Positions 26,761-41,700 of a stretch of DNA of 64,000 nucleotides are shown one piece after another. The notes beneath the pieces were generated by a model. It saw only the letters and a program-made list of their open reading frames with translations. It had not been told where the DNA came from and searched no databases. Numbering within the stretch: position 1 is the first letter of the stretch; each line of letters begins with the position of its first letter. The stretch lies in the NCBI GenBank assembly GCA_024704765.1, contig JAKMXF010000066.1:689854-753853 (forward strand). Reading direction: 5' to 3'. The stretch comes from Oopsacas minuta (taxonomy: Eukaryota; Animalia; Porifera). Both the position numbers and the translations under genes were made by a program.

Positions 26761-29700
26761 GTCACTAAGATCTATATTTTGCTCAAAAAATGTTTGCACA
26801 CAAGATTGAGAACTTCACGCGGGTGTTCTCCGTCCAAATATTCGTTATAATAATTCTGAAGTCTATCTTACCTGTATTTTGATGTATAGATAATTTCTGT
26901 GTAGCATTCTTCAATAGCTCTCTACCAGTTTCATAAGATATATCATAAGCACAAAGCAAATCAAGAATTATCAGAGAAGGAACAAAATTAACCAACTGCC
27001 TAAGTATAACAGATTCCTTTGCACGGAGTAACATGCTCTCCTGACCTGATAGCATTATCTTGGATAAATTAGTGCTAATTAAAATGTTGTTTAGTTCGTC
27101 TTTAACAACAGAGTTCTTGGATAAATACACTGTTAATTTATCGTAATCTTCTGAGCTCACTGTTTCTCCCTTCATTATCTCGATCGGATCGAAAGTTGGT
27201 TCCTAAATACAGTACAACTTTATCAAGAATATGATTCAACAGTTTAGCCAAAAAATATCCGTCTAGACATACTGAGTTAACCCTCAGACCTGATAGGCGA
27301 CACATTAATCACCTGCTCTCAGACATGGGTTAATTGATTTATCAAATTCCACACAATTGCCTAATTTCAAGTTAGCAGCGCTTAATTACTAACTGTGCGG
27401 ACAGCAAGGTCATAGAAAACCCCCAAAGTGGTATTCTAAATTGGAGGCACTAAGTGTATTAAATCTATACACGTGTAATGCCTTCAGATTAATATCGGGA
27501 CTGACAAAATATATATTACCTCATCTTGTTTAGTGACAGCAGACAATTCACACCCAATAGACTCCATTTTCTCAGCAAAATGAACCATCTGTGCGCCTAT
27601 ATGTCCCTCTAGTTTGAAAATCTTAACAACTTCATAAGCTGAAACGAAGTTCCCCAGTTTTAAGCACATGTTTAAGAGGTTAACCGGTGAAGATAGCATT
27701 TTTCTAATTATATTCTGTTTAGATGAATAATCTCGGGAAAACTTCTCATTTTTCCTTTTATGCTTACGAACTGGAAATCCAGTTTTCGGTTTCGGTTTAA
27801 GAAATATTTTCTTATCTTCTGTGTCTCCTTCATCTCCAGAATCTCCGATTTTTAATTTCAGAGAACTGGTTTTCCCTTTCTGTTCGCGATCTGACAAGAA
27901 TATAACCTCTGACTTAGTGTAGAGGCCTTTTTCATGAGGTTGAGGTTTCCCTAGAGATATTGAGGAATGTCTTCTGTCGCCTAAAGTATAAGTATAGAAA
28001 ATATTCAGAAATATAAAACGGGAAATTAGACTCGTTTGAATTATGAACACATTCGTAATAGGGTGATTGATTTAAACTAGGGGTTCCCAACCCGCGGTTC
28101 ATGAACCTCTTGGTGGTCCACGGACGACAGCAGGGGATCCACAGAATGGAGGGGTCCACAAAATGTGTAAATTGGTATACAGGATCCACGGGGAAGCGCT
28201 GATGTAAATTATCTACTTACCAGTTTCCATATCGTCCTCATCATTACTGAAGTCTATATCACTTGAGCTTTGAGTATCAGCCCCAATATTAAGCTCAGCC
28301 TCCCATTTACTACACACAGCATCTTCTGTATAAGATACAGTACTGTCTTCTAGCGAGCATGTTGGTGCTTCTGTTGTTGTTACGAGTTTGTAACGCCATG
28401 TAGCTTCGTTAATGCATTTCTCAAGCTGACTCAAGCGTGAGTGAAGAATGTCGTGATTAATGGATGAGTATACGGATTGTTCCGAAGCTAAAAGGTAAGA
28501 GGCACCATATGTACTGAGCCACCTGGGGATAAATACTGTCGGCACAGATTGTTATACTTATCACTAACCTGCAGGCCTCAATTCCCCAGGGATAGATTCA
28601 CGTCTAAAAGCATAACGAGATGTCTGTATATCATAAATAGCATCTCTTAACAACTGCAACATCTTCTCTATCATAGGCCGGGACAATAAGAATCCTGTCG
28701 CAACAGGTTCTATTCGTTTCTCTTTAACAAGGGAGTTTGTTGAAGCTGAAAGGCTTGAAGATTGCTCTGAATCTGTGTCATTAGATACTATTGAGATAGT
28801 TTGTTTATATCCAACATTCCTTGAGATTGATAAAATAAGATATTCTCTAATATCTGACCTAAAGGATTAGAAATACCGACAACTTACACAGCAAAAATCA
28901 AAAATAGCCGAAGAGATGTAAACATATAAGTAAACAACAGATCTCTACATATATGCATATATGTATGCAAAATTTGCTTACATGCTAATATTTTCATCCA
29001 AAATATTAATAAATAATCAAAACTCGTTAAATATGGGACCAAATAATTTCTATTCCAAGTGGAGTTGCAAATAGCATATCATCCGAATAGTAGCCGACGT
29101 GATTATTCACATTTTAACACCTTTGGACGGAAGACATATATGTAATCACATACTACACACCATGAATCACAGCATTCTATACATGAATCTATTCACCAAC
29201 TCCTAACGTGCTTCTGTGACGTTGAAAAATAAGGTATGTCCCAGTTTCCATGGTTACCTCGTTGCTATTTGGCTACACCCCTCAGCGAGGGAGAAGATCA
29301 TTACAGGTGCTACTATTCGGTAAATTTTATTGCTATTAGTATATTAATTTGTTATACCTTGTGTAGTGTTGACTACGAGTAGTATCTTCAGAATCACAGC
29401 CATCAACAGCTAAATTCTCATACTTCAGGAATAATAGTGAATAAATGTTCTCAATTATCTCCAATCTAAACAAACAAACAAACAAACAAACACATAAATA
29501 TACAGTAGAGAGTGTTTCGAAAATAGTGATAAATACCTGTAATATAACGGGTAAATAGACTGCAAATAATTTTTAACTTCCTCTAGAGTTCTATTAATAA
29601 AACCGTCTACAGCTAATATCAGGCTAGTAGTATCTGTAACAGGAATCTTATCCGATTCACAAGGAATATTCGTTTGTAGAGAATCTGTTACTGTAGTGAA

Positions 29701-32700
29701 AACCTCTCCAGAAACAGATCTATCCATCCTAGAAATGTAATCAAGAGATTATTGGAAAATCAAAATAACGATCTGCGCGGACAGCATAGCAGATAGTGCC
29801 TACAATTAATAGTGCCACTCCAATGAAGTTCATTGAATTCTGTCGGCACAGATTTGAATTTTAGATTCTTTTCATGTAAATATGTCGAAAAATCCATGAA
29901 ACGATTTGTTTGCAGAAAAAATATGGCTCAAAGTGGCACAGTGTGACAGATCAAAAATCTTGCCGTGGAAGTTTCATCACTGAATTGTGGCAATCTCACA
30001 GGTACAAATGTGTCCAGTTCAACAGTGTTCATTAAGATATATAGTTAACACTTACTTTGAGTATGAGAATATTTCTAGAATTTGACACCGAGCTCTCTCA
30101 TCCCTGATTAGATTTCCCAGATGGGCAGAACACAGAATAGCATCCATGGTTAGTCTTATAGCACAGAAAGATCTGTATACTGCTATATCACGAGCTTGTG
30201 AAGATGTTTTGGGCACAGATAGAGTGCCAGGAAGACTAATACAATGGCAATAATTATAGAGAAATATGTGAATGTAACGCCAGTCTATGTGATTTATGCA
30301 AAAAATTGAAGTTTCGTATATGATCCATGGTTCAAATACATATTCTCATTCACAATAGATGACAAAATGTGTTATTAGAATAAAGACTCACTCATCAATA
30401 GAAGGAGACATCTTCAACAGCTCCATTATCTCTTTTGGATCAGAAGAGGAGAGGGAGTTACTCTGATGTAGCATATATAAAATTGATTGAGACTCTAATC
30501 GTGAGAATAGCTCCCCTTCTTGCTGGAAAGACCCGCTAGATTGACTGGAGCTACTACTTGTTGATAATATCGGTCTAAACAAAAACATACAAATTATACG
30601 ATATTCGTAACTCAAGATATGTTGAAATTTGGCGTGTGTATGTAATATGATATAAATCAAAATATTTTCTAGTTTCTAAAGAAAAAATATTCACATATCT
30701 CTGAGAAAAAGGTGCTATATGTGTCGTCCAATCTTAGTATTCTAATATTCCAACGAATTTAACATTACATCAGCGGTTTCCAACCCTTCCATCCATGCTA
30801 TCGTCTGTGGGCCACTAAGGTTGGGAAGTGTTGCATTACATCAATACGTGACTATCCAAAAATATTTCATGGCGAATAAGCTTCACATTTAGTATTACAA
30901 ATATGCAGGTAAATATGCACAGGTATAGTTCAACACATTTCCTAGTATAGTGATTATAATAACAATACAATTAGCTGAATAAACATTTGTATACATAATT
31001 ATCGTCACATTACTACAAAGCGTATGAAATACAAATGCAGTTTCCCCGATTATAACTTTATCACAGAAAAAGCAAAATATCAAGAATTATTAAATAGTAT
31101 TAATTCTCAATTACTTAGGAGAATAATCATATTATTCTATAAGGATTGCGCTCAAATCATTCACTAATCATATACTTACCATATATGGACATATTAACTA
31201 CATTATAGTTATGTAAAATCTAAAAGTATAAACTGTGCGAACAGCATAGGATAATGGCATTATTATTTGGAGGCACTAAGTGTATTGAGGTAATAGAATA
31301 TAATCCGATCTGACGTAATGACATATATGCAACTTTTTCGTCACCTCTATGCATCTGATGACAATACAAATGATGGATATAACATGTTATCACCTTTTCT
31401 CAGAGATTATGAAAACTTGTATGTATATGCCATTACCTAACTTTATCTATACACCAGTCAGCTAGATTAAGTTGATAATACAGCTTCTGTATAGCAGAGA
31501 ATAAAGCAGGTTGTAGATTCTGGTCCTAGAGAATTATCTTAAGTAAAGTTCAATGATTTCAAGTATAATGACTTGCTAGTTGGCGAACTCCAGTGTATAT
31601 CATTCCCGGTGGAGGATAGACATTCTGTTGGTGATATGGACACTGTGAGCTCTTAGCGTCCTCCCAACTTAGTTACGGTAACATGGAATTAGAATTTATT
31701 GTAGTAAACAACAACAATAATAATAATAATAATAACAAACTTGAGGGCGATATAGTGTGTCAAGTAGCTTCTTAGCAGACTGCATGCTCTTACAGTGATC
31801 CCATGATAATAATAGTAACAGAGAACTCATAGGATTCCATTCTGGATCCTTCATGAGATCAGATAAAGTATCAAAATCGTTTTCTCTAACTAGCTGTAAT
31901 CCTCTATCCTAAACAACAACAAATAAGTAAACATATTTTCCTGTTTTGTAAATATTCGACGAGCAGTTGGAAACTTGTTTCAGCTCCACGGCCTACGCCA
32001 AGTTTACCAGCCGTATGAATATTGTCATTATTTCCCCATTTTGCACTATATTTTCTAGGCAACGGACGAATAGTAATGATTCTATCATCACAGACCTCCT
32101 TTAACATGCTTAATTAACATATTTAGAAGTTTCTCACTAACTTAAGAATTCATAACAAACTATTAAAGATATGTATCTACGGATTAAAGTCATAAATATT
32201 CAGCTGAATATTAGGAACGAAGATTAAACGTAACGTATGATAACAGAAGTCAAAGAGTGTTGATAAAGTGTATGCAATATCCGTAAGTTTGGATTAGCAA
32301 TATGTAACTAGAACTTAGTGAAAAGCAATAGAAAATTGTTAATTCGTTTAGGGGAACTATTTTTATCAAAATCAAAAGAAAAATATCAATAATAATTGGT
32401 CATACGATTGTACAGAGCTGGCGGAAATGAAATAAATATTCAAATATCCAATTTACAAGAATTCAGCTCACAAACTTTAAACCGGATGAGATATGACATA
32501 ACTGTTTAGCTTATCATATTGTTTAGAATTAGCAAACAGCAAACTGAAAGTAACTATTGTGTCATGTTTGTATGACAAATAAACTGTCAATAAATATGCA
32601 TGAAAAGGTGTTAAATGTGATTAAATCACAAATACTCGATAGCTGAATAATCTGAGTAAACATATTACATAATTAACTCAGTAAACGAACGGAAATTACA

Positions 32701-35700
32701 ATAAGTTTCCGGCAGATTGAAATGCGAGAAACTCACACATGGATTAATAGAAATTAATGATTACTTTCAGTTTCGATAATAGATTTAATATTTGTACAGC
32801 TGTTTATCTCTAATCTCACTGGCGGCGTAGCCAGCTGCTACTGATAGGGCACAAGCCCTAACCTGGACCCACCCACGGGTCTCTTCTGAATTTGTCCACA
32901 CAATTAGTATATCATTCAAATCTTAAATGTAGAAAATGAAAGTACAATTGAATATGGAGATAGATGTTACTGAAAATTGTATATGAATCTAAAAATAATT
33001 TAAACTCTCAAACAAACTGAAAACTAATTCTGTAAAACCATATATTGTCGCCAGAAATGAAAAGTAATATCCAAATACAAAATATTCCAAAAGGAGCTAT
33101 TTTACAATTACAAATTCAATATCAACTAACAAATCAGTGTAAATATAGAAGTACAAATGAAAATATTATATTACTATCAGTACTCTATGGAACTAAATGT
33201 AGTTATGTAAATCGTGTCAAATGAAAATAAGATTTGTGACGTAAAGACTTGCACAATCGTACAGAAAATCAAGATATACATATGATTAATTGAACAAGGA
33301 ACTTCAGATTTCAAAATAGACTCCCTCGCTGAAGGGTGTAGCCAAATGCCAACGAGGTAACCATGGAAACTGGGACATACCTTATTTTTCAAAGTCACAG
33401 AAGCACGTTAGGAGTTGGTGAATAGATTCATGTATAGAATGCTATGATTCATGGTGTGTAGTATGTGATTACATATATGTCTTCCGTCCAAAGGTGTTAA
33501 AATATGAATAATCACGCCGGCTACTATTCTCTGTAATACAGTATATCAAATTTCAAACAGGAGTAACTTTCATATAAATAACATAACGGTGAATAATATA
33601 AATACATTTTCAGTTAAAATAATGAGGCAAGCAATTAAAGCTATCACGGATTAATCAAAAAGTTCATCACTCCTTTTACACATATGATTAACTGGAAAAA
33701 ATGAATTTCTCAAAAACAAAATGATAAAAATAACAAATCTCAGAGAGGTAATCTCAAAATTGCGACAGTATAACGTGTTGTAAATGAGATCTAAGATTCT
33801 TGCAATTAATAGGAATAAATAACAATAATTATTGTTTACTTCATAGTACAATGATATCAAGAATAATTTTGAATAATATTTGAGGAAAAACATGTGAGCG
33901 CGAAGTGCAAATATATTTTTATATAAACTTAATGAATGGGTCACGCTTTCAATATTCAAAAGTATCCTAATCATATTTCACTGAAACTGTCTCTGTAACA
34001 AACATAAACACTTTTGTGATACAAAATTTCTTGAAGAATTATTTATTACAAATCGTTGAATAGAATAATGCATAAAGGAATGGTCACGCTTTCGAAAAAA
34101 TGATCGCCTCCCTCGCTGAGTGATATAGCCAAATACCAACGAGGTAACCATGGAAACTGGGGCAGGAACACGTTAGGGAGTTGGTGAATATATTCGTGTA
34201 TAGAATGCTATGATTCATGGTGTGTAGTATGTGATTATAGATTATGTCTACCGCCCAAGGGTGTTAAAATATGAACAATCACCTCGGCTACTATTCGAGG
34301 AATACACCTAGGAGCAAATCTCACATTAATAATCAACCATTAAAATTACATCACAAATGAAAAAGCAATTAAATTCACACATTTATGCTAATTCTTATTT
34401 GCAGAAAAGGACTTCAAACACACACACTAGGCTTATTCATAATACACACACGTTTCAGCAATTTATATTAATAATGATGGCAAGAATATAAGAAATAAAT
34501 GGGTGCTATAATTCACACATACGAAGTAAAAGTCTGGGAAATTATAATAATACTTAAGTTCGGATAATCATTTAATAATATCGGTGGGGTATGCGTACAT
34601 TTAAGTTCGTGTAGATGTTATACAAATCATTTCTCTGAATAGAATCGAAGAAACAGTTAGAAATGGACATATGTTGATATAATTATTGTGAATTGGCTTA
34701 GGAACATAAATTCCAGTTTAAGAGTATAACATGATAACTTCACCGATATTAAGACCATTCAGTGAATTTCCTTATACCGGATATAAGTTCACTATTAGCG
34801 TTCGGATTTATTTCTGCTATCACAATACTGTCATAAGGTAGGAAATGGAACTCTAGAACAAGTATATTAGTTCGGCTAATGAGAAATACATTGAAACTTC
34901 CAGAAACAGGGACTGTGGACTGGGAAGCATTTTCGACCTCCCTACTCCCGTGTGTGGAGGCTGCACTGTAGCTAAACTGTAGCAACCCTGAAAATTCAAG
35001 GCAACAACTTCCATTAATAAGACTGCAATCTATTCCATAGTAAAGATGACTACTAGCTTCCTATATTATTAAGGTTATACTGAACTAGCAAAGAAGTACG
35101 CAGATAATCAACACTTCATCACATGTATATTGATGTGATGTAGCATCACATATTCGGATGTATATTATAATACGCATGTCAAAGTGAACTGCGACAAAAT
35201 TATAAAATTTTGAGATCTCCATAAAACGCAAAAAAGGTTAATGTAAGTTGCATTTTTCATGAAAATATTTGTTGAATACGAGTAAATTCGAATAAGTATG
35301 ATATTTTCTAGCCTTTTTAGAATTTCACTGTTGCTAAACCCAGATTCGTGAAAAGTGACAATTTCTGAACGAATTTCTTCTAACATGATTTTCTGGGAAA
35401 TCATCAACTTGAATGATATATACTTGGTATAATTCGAAAGAGCGCCAAAAATGCTACAAGAAATTCTAGAAGATTACTTCATAAGTATATTAATAGCTAC
35501 TGTCTAAGGCGCCAAAATGTATAACAGAACTTATTAGACACCCTGTAGACTTCATCTGTATGTAGATATTCTCCAATATGGATATATCTAAAATCTACAA
35601 TCTACAAATATTGGCTAATTCAAACGATAGATTGAAAGTAATACAGTTCGTTCCAAGTTATATTTAGTTCAGGAAATACATACTTGCAGTAGATGCAAAA

Positions 35701-38700
35701 GATTAGTATAAATACAGGAAATACAGTCAAAAGAATAAAGTGAGATAATAAAAACAACAAAATAAAGTTTCAAGAAAAATGACAACTTTAACATTTGATT
35801 ATGAACAAAAATTGAATATTTCCAAAGCAATATTAGTTGAGAACTATCATATACGTGCGGAGAAGACAAGCTTTTTAAACTTAATACACAAAGATCGTGT
35901 TTATTCCGTCACTATTAATGAGTTTAACAAAATCATTAACCGAGAGTGTTTTACTGACATAGAACGAGCTTATATACGGGAACAGAGGAAAAAAGCCGTG
36001 AACAGGAAAGCAGCGAGAGTATCAAGGAAACGCAGACGAGATGAAGATCAATCTCTAGAAAAAACACTCAGAAATCTTCAATCGATAAAATATGGACTTT
36101 TGGAACGAAAAGATATATTGGAAAATGAAATACATTTCTACAAACAAGGCTGTGAACAGATGAGGTATATGGAGTATCATCAAGGCAATATTGTACATAA
36201 CTCTACACCATATGGGTTGATGGGGTATCCTTGCAATTGAATTTATGTAATCAATGTATATCAGATATTTTTCAGATAATTGCTAAGTAATAAAAGAAAT
36301 GCTCATTGAGTCTACATCAATACAAATACAATAAAGTGCTAATTACATTACAAACACTCCACCAGAACGAATTGTATGCATTTATGCCTAATTGTAAAAC
36401 CTTACAATCTAATTGGGCTAAAATACAGATGTGCCAAAATGTGTTAATTATACACATATGTCAGGTGCACATCTAGATGTTACTACGAGTATACATACAA
36501 AATTTGGTGTCTTAATCTCTAAAGGTGTGATCAGCAGAGCGAAAACACAAAAAAATGTAAATAATATATCAGTGTTGAGCATGTCAAAGAATTGAATTTA
36601 AGCCAATCAATTTACACTCTCAGAAAGGTGTTAAGAAGCACTACTTGCACATTCAATTGAACCAATAGAATATCAGCCTATACTTACTGGATAAACCCTC
36701 AAATCTGATTGGGCTATACATTTGTCGTCAGATGTATAAATATATTAAATCTGAAAATATGTTGTTTTTGTTTTCGATAAAATATACTTAGACATCCTAC
36801 TGGACTATGGATGTAATTCAATTTTGTATAGCAACGCGGCTATCGCTCATAACACAACAACACCCTTGGGAGTAGCAAATATGTTCATATAACCGGTGTC
36901 CTTAGAGCGATACGCATTGTACATCATTATAGAGCTAGAATTATCATGGACAATATATGTTGTATAAAATAATTCTAACTTAATTAGAATAAACTTGACA
37001 TCCAAATAAGGAGTTATGTAATTGTATATGTGCGCTACTACAGTAAACTTGTGATAGTCGCACTAGAGAAAAGGTCAAATCATTCACACTTAATTAAATA
37101 CAAATCACATTAAGATAATATGCATTAAAATTCATTTTTACAAAATTTCCAAGCCAATTCCAATTTAGATGCTAAATTTACTAGAAATAAACTGGAATGA
37201 TAATTAAATCAATAAATATTCTGAAACTATTCACATATTCACCAACACTTCTGTTGTATATCAAGAAGCAATAAGTACAGTAGCTTGTACTTGACCATTG
37301 ATAAACATTATGACTTGCTGCATGTGGTTATTGTGTAATTGCTCAATTGAAAGTACAAACTATTATCAGTAGCTTTAATTCATTGTTGACAAATATTTGA
37401 ATAACATAGCTATTGTATATGTGTATTAAGCATATGGTTAAATATAAATAAATTCACAGATTAATATGTACAAGTATGCTTGCTTGTGCTGGACGGCTTC
37501 GTGCCTAGGAAGGTCTACTGAGAAAATACATATCAATGATTAAAACGACTCAATATAGTGCTTTCATATAACTCTTTACTCGTTACTATTATGTATTATT
37601 AATGCAGTCCTATAGGGAGATGCCCTTTCGCATAGGTGAAGAGTGAAGCACGTTCGTCGTTCGAGGTGTCCTGAGAAATTCAGCGGGCCAATTTACATGA
37701 AAATTGGTACATGGGTATATTTTGGGGTGTAGATATGCACTTCGGGTATAGAATTTGTTCAATGTGGATATTTTCATAGTTAAAGTTTGAGCAAACAGAT
37801 TGTAGACTTTTGACATTATAGGATACTCCCATTTCTAACCCAAATAATCTAACATCAACTCTAAAATCTGAAAGGTCAAGACATCTCGTCACTTATCTCA
37901 GAGAGTTGTGGAGATATCGCTTAGATATTAGAAACCAAATTTCAAGTCAGTAGCTCTTACCATTAAGATATTGAATACCGGTAGAAGTTCCAAACGCTTA
38001 CACTTATACATAACACTATTTTGGAAAAATCCAAATATGTAAAAATATTTAGAATTTATTCTAGAACAAATAATCGCTGACTATACTTATACTAAGTTCA
38101 AGTTAAGATATTTAGCAGACAGCACAGATATCTCATATTTCTAAAATTGAAAGTAAGAGCTAAACAGAAGTAGTTTTAACGGACAATTGAATATCGGCCC
38201 CGAAACTAATAATTGGTAACTAACAATAATTATTGAAACCCCCTAAGATAATTCCAGAAAATATTACTAATCAAAATCTCAAAAACAAGATACAGGATAT
38301 GACTTACTGTACTGACTATATTATAGTAAAAATGGTATAATTTACAGCTGACTAACAGTATACGGAATATATTACTGAATTATAGTTGATAACTTGATGA
38401 TATAATAAATTCGAGGTCAGACAATTCGCAACTGTACGCCATTCGGTCACAATTCTTGATCAAATAGAAACCGACACATTTATGCCAATTTCATTCTTTT
38501 ATCCCTCAAAATAATAGTTGACATTTACAGCGAGATCATTTCTCGTTATTTCTGAGTATTAGACTCTTGGAAATAGTGTCTCATCTTGTCTTTGAAAATT
38601 CTAACAACTTCAAAATCAAAATAGTTAAGCTCATTAAAGAATACAAATTATGTTACTGTATAAGCATCAGAGATGGAACCGGTCGGGTCGGGTCGGGTCG

Positions 38701-41700
38701 GGTCGGGTCGGGTCGGGTACCGGTCGAAGATCTCGACCGGCCGGTCATAATTTCTGAATATGGTAAATCTGAATTTGATACTGTAATCATATTGACCAAA
38801 AACTTCAACTTAGCAGTTCGATTAAACTAGACTATAAATAAAAATTTCATACATTTTTTGAATAAATATTTATTCATCAACCTAGAGCAAAAGAGATTTT
38901 CTACTTTCTGCTATATCCACAGAATATTCAACATATTTTCGCCGTGTGTCACTTGTGTCACAAGTGGCAGGGTGTTCCAATACTTTTGGCCAGGCAGTGT
39001 ATAGTCAAAGTTACTAGTCGACCGGTCGACCGGGTCGGGTCATGAAAAAGCTGACCGGTTCCATCTCTGATAAGCATTATTATTATTTAATGGGTAATTA
39101 AACAGCAAGCAGAATACAACACAAGCAATAATTAAACCAGTAGCCAGCGTTTATACAAGTGGTTTAGAAATTAAATATATCACCAAAGAAAGCATCAAAT
39201 GCATCAAATTGTGTATTTTCAATTTCTCCCTGTTCTAGCATACTTTTATAAGACTCTATTTCTGATATTAATCTCATTCTTTCTTCTGAGAGAGACGATT
39301 TCTCTGATTCAAGTTTCCCCAAGTCAGAAGTAAGAGTCGAATCTTCTGTTTTTCTACGTCTACGTGACACACCGGCGGCGCGTCTATTAACACACTTTCT
39401 CCGCTCCTCTCGGATATACGCACGTTCATTGTCATTAAAACAGTGACTATATATTATTTTATCAAATTGAGTGATTGTAACATCCTTGACTCGATTGCGA
39501 TCGATCAGGGTTAGAAATTCATACGTCTGTGAAAGTTCCAGACAATTATCCACAAGAATTGGGTATGCAACTTGAATTTTGATAGAACACATTTTGACAA
39601 AAATATTTATTCTCTTAATCTGTTTGTTTGTTTGTTTGTTATTGTTATTTTGGAAACTATCATTCATATATATACTAACTGGAGAAATTTTGAATAATCC
39701 CTCTGGAAATTGAAAATATCGATGCTGTGTATACAAATAACTTTAACAACTAACTCGAACTAAGCAGCTTATTCAAACACCTGAAAATCTTCATTTATGG
39801 ATAATAATGCTCTGTATTAATATACAGACAGAAACTGATGCATGAATAACTAAAATTGTGGCCCAAGCGATTGGGGGTCACAGATATTTTCAGGTATTCT
39901 AAGATTCATCCGAACTGATGAGAACTGCAATTTACAAATGCAAAAATATGATCAATAAGCTATAACTCAATTAGCTAAATCAACTACAAAATGGAATAGA
40001 GACTAAGCGTACATATTTTCATATCTAAGTTTGATTATATTCAAGTGAAATAAGCTGTTTACAAAGAAAATTAGTAATCTGGAAATTATCTAAAAGTAAG
40101 AAAGCTACAGACATTTTGGCGTATAAGGACAACCGAAAATAAGAGAAAACTGAAAGTAAAAATTGGAATTTTGAGGTAAATATATTCGCACGCCAAAAAT
40201 GTTTTCAGAAGTTATTAAGGGACTGGTAAGAGTTACAAACATGAAAGTTGGTACATTTATGGAATGTGATACATGCAGTATCGTGTCCCAATTATTAATA
40301 CATATCTCAACTAATCTTTGAGATATGTGACAAAATGAATGACCTATCAGATCTGAGGGTTGACTCAGTATATTTAATACAAATACATTTCAGTGCTAAT
40401 TAAATTACAAACACCTCCACCAGAACTAATTTTATGCATTTATGGCTAATTGTAAACCCTACAATCTGATTAGGCTAAAATACACAGGTGTGAAAAGCCG
40501 TGAAAATATACACATATGTCAGGTGCACAACTGGATGTCACTACGAGTACATATGCCAAATTTGGTGTCTCAATCTTTAAAGGTGTGAACATATATACAT
40601 ATATACTAATTTTAGAACTGAGACACTATCTGTAATAGTAACACTTGCAACTCACCAATACATCCTCTAATGCATGAGTTTTGTGATAAAACGCGTGTAG
40701 AAATATATTATTCCACTTTAGATCTCTTTTCTCAACTAACAAAGAATTCTTAAATAGAAAATCAAACTCTTTGTACTGACTTTCAAACTGCAATGCTTCT
40801 ACCTCAGAAAATACACGAATAAGATCTGGCGTATTTCTCCCAATTATTGAATTATAAGTTAGTTCCCTCTTCAAACCAAATTCTTCAGCTTGAAGCAGTT
40901 TTAGGAACAAATTCCCAACTCTGAGTTTTGATTGATAAACAGAAGGAGGATCAAAAACACCTAAATAAACAACAACAATAAAGCTTAATAGAGTCAACAT
41001 GTTAATCGGAACAACACCTATATTCCGTCTATCGGGTCAGAATAGCCTGGTCCGGATGTGACCCTATGAAGCGGAGTCTATTGTTTACTGAAATAAGCAC
41101 ATTAAATATTTCTCGCATAAACTATATACCGTAAACTGGGGCTACTTTGGCCCAAATATCAAAGTTTCAAAGAAACTAGATTAGATTCAGTATTATACTT
41201 GAATATGACTTGCCAAACTTTCAAATATCGGTAGACAAATTCGAATACAAATACAATATCTATTCGATACGTAAGCAAATTTTAATATTTGAGTTAAAAC
41301 AAACCCAGTGGGCCAAAGTAGCCCCAGTTTACGGTACAAATAATCATCTCTTAGAGAGTAATAAAATAGGATTGAGGTTGGTAATTCTAGTACATATGTT
41401 ACTTTTCAGTGCAACAGTATATTGTGTATGCGTAATCATATCAAGGAGATGAAACTCAGGAATAATATTATTCAGCAGAAATGTATCTATCATATATCAA
41501 GTCGATATAATCTGTAATAGGGAAAGGTGATGGCAGCTAATAAACTGACATAACCAATCAACAGTCCCAGAAGGTGTTAAGAATGAATACAGTCACAACA
41601 TGAATACTTAAATCTGATTGGTCGACACATTTTGGCGCCTTTTCTAAGACGCATGTGAAAAATTTTGTTAGATAATAGCAATCATGCTTACATATATTAT

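Noticed and set aside
26773-26873. Apparent double frameshift in spastizin
   Set aside because: A ~100-nt GTAAGA...ATATAG intron joins the flanking frames in phase
38567-38830. GSGRV-repeat ORF
   Set aside because: It comes from (GGGTC)n subterminal repeats of the hAT MITE
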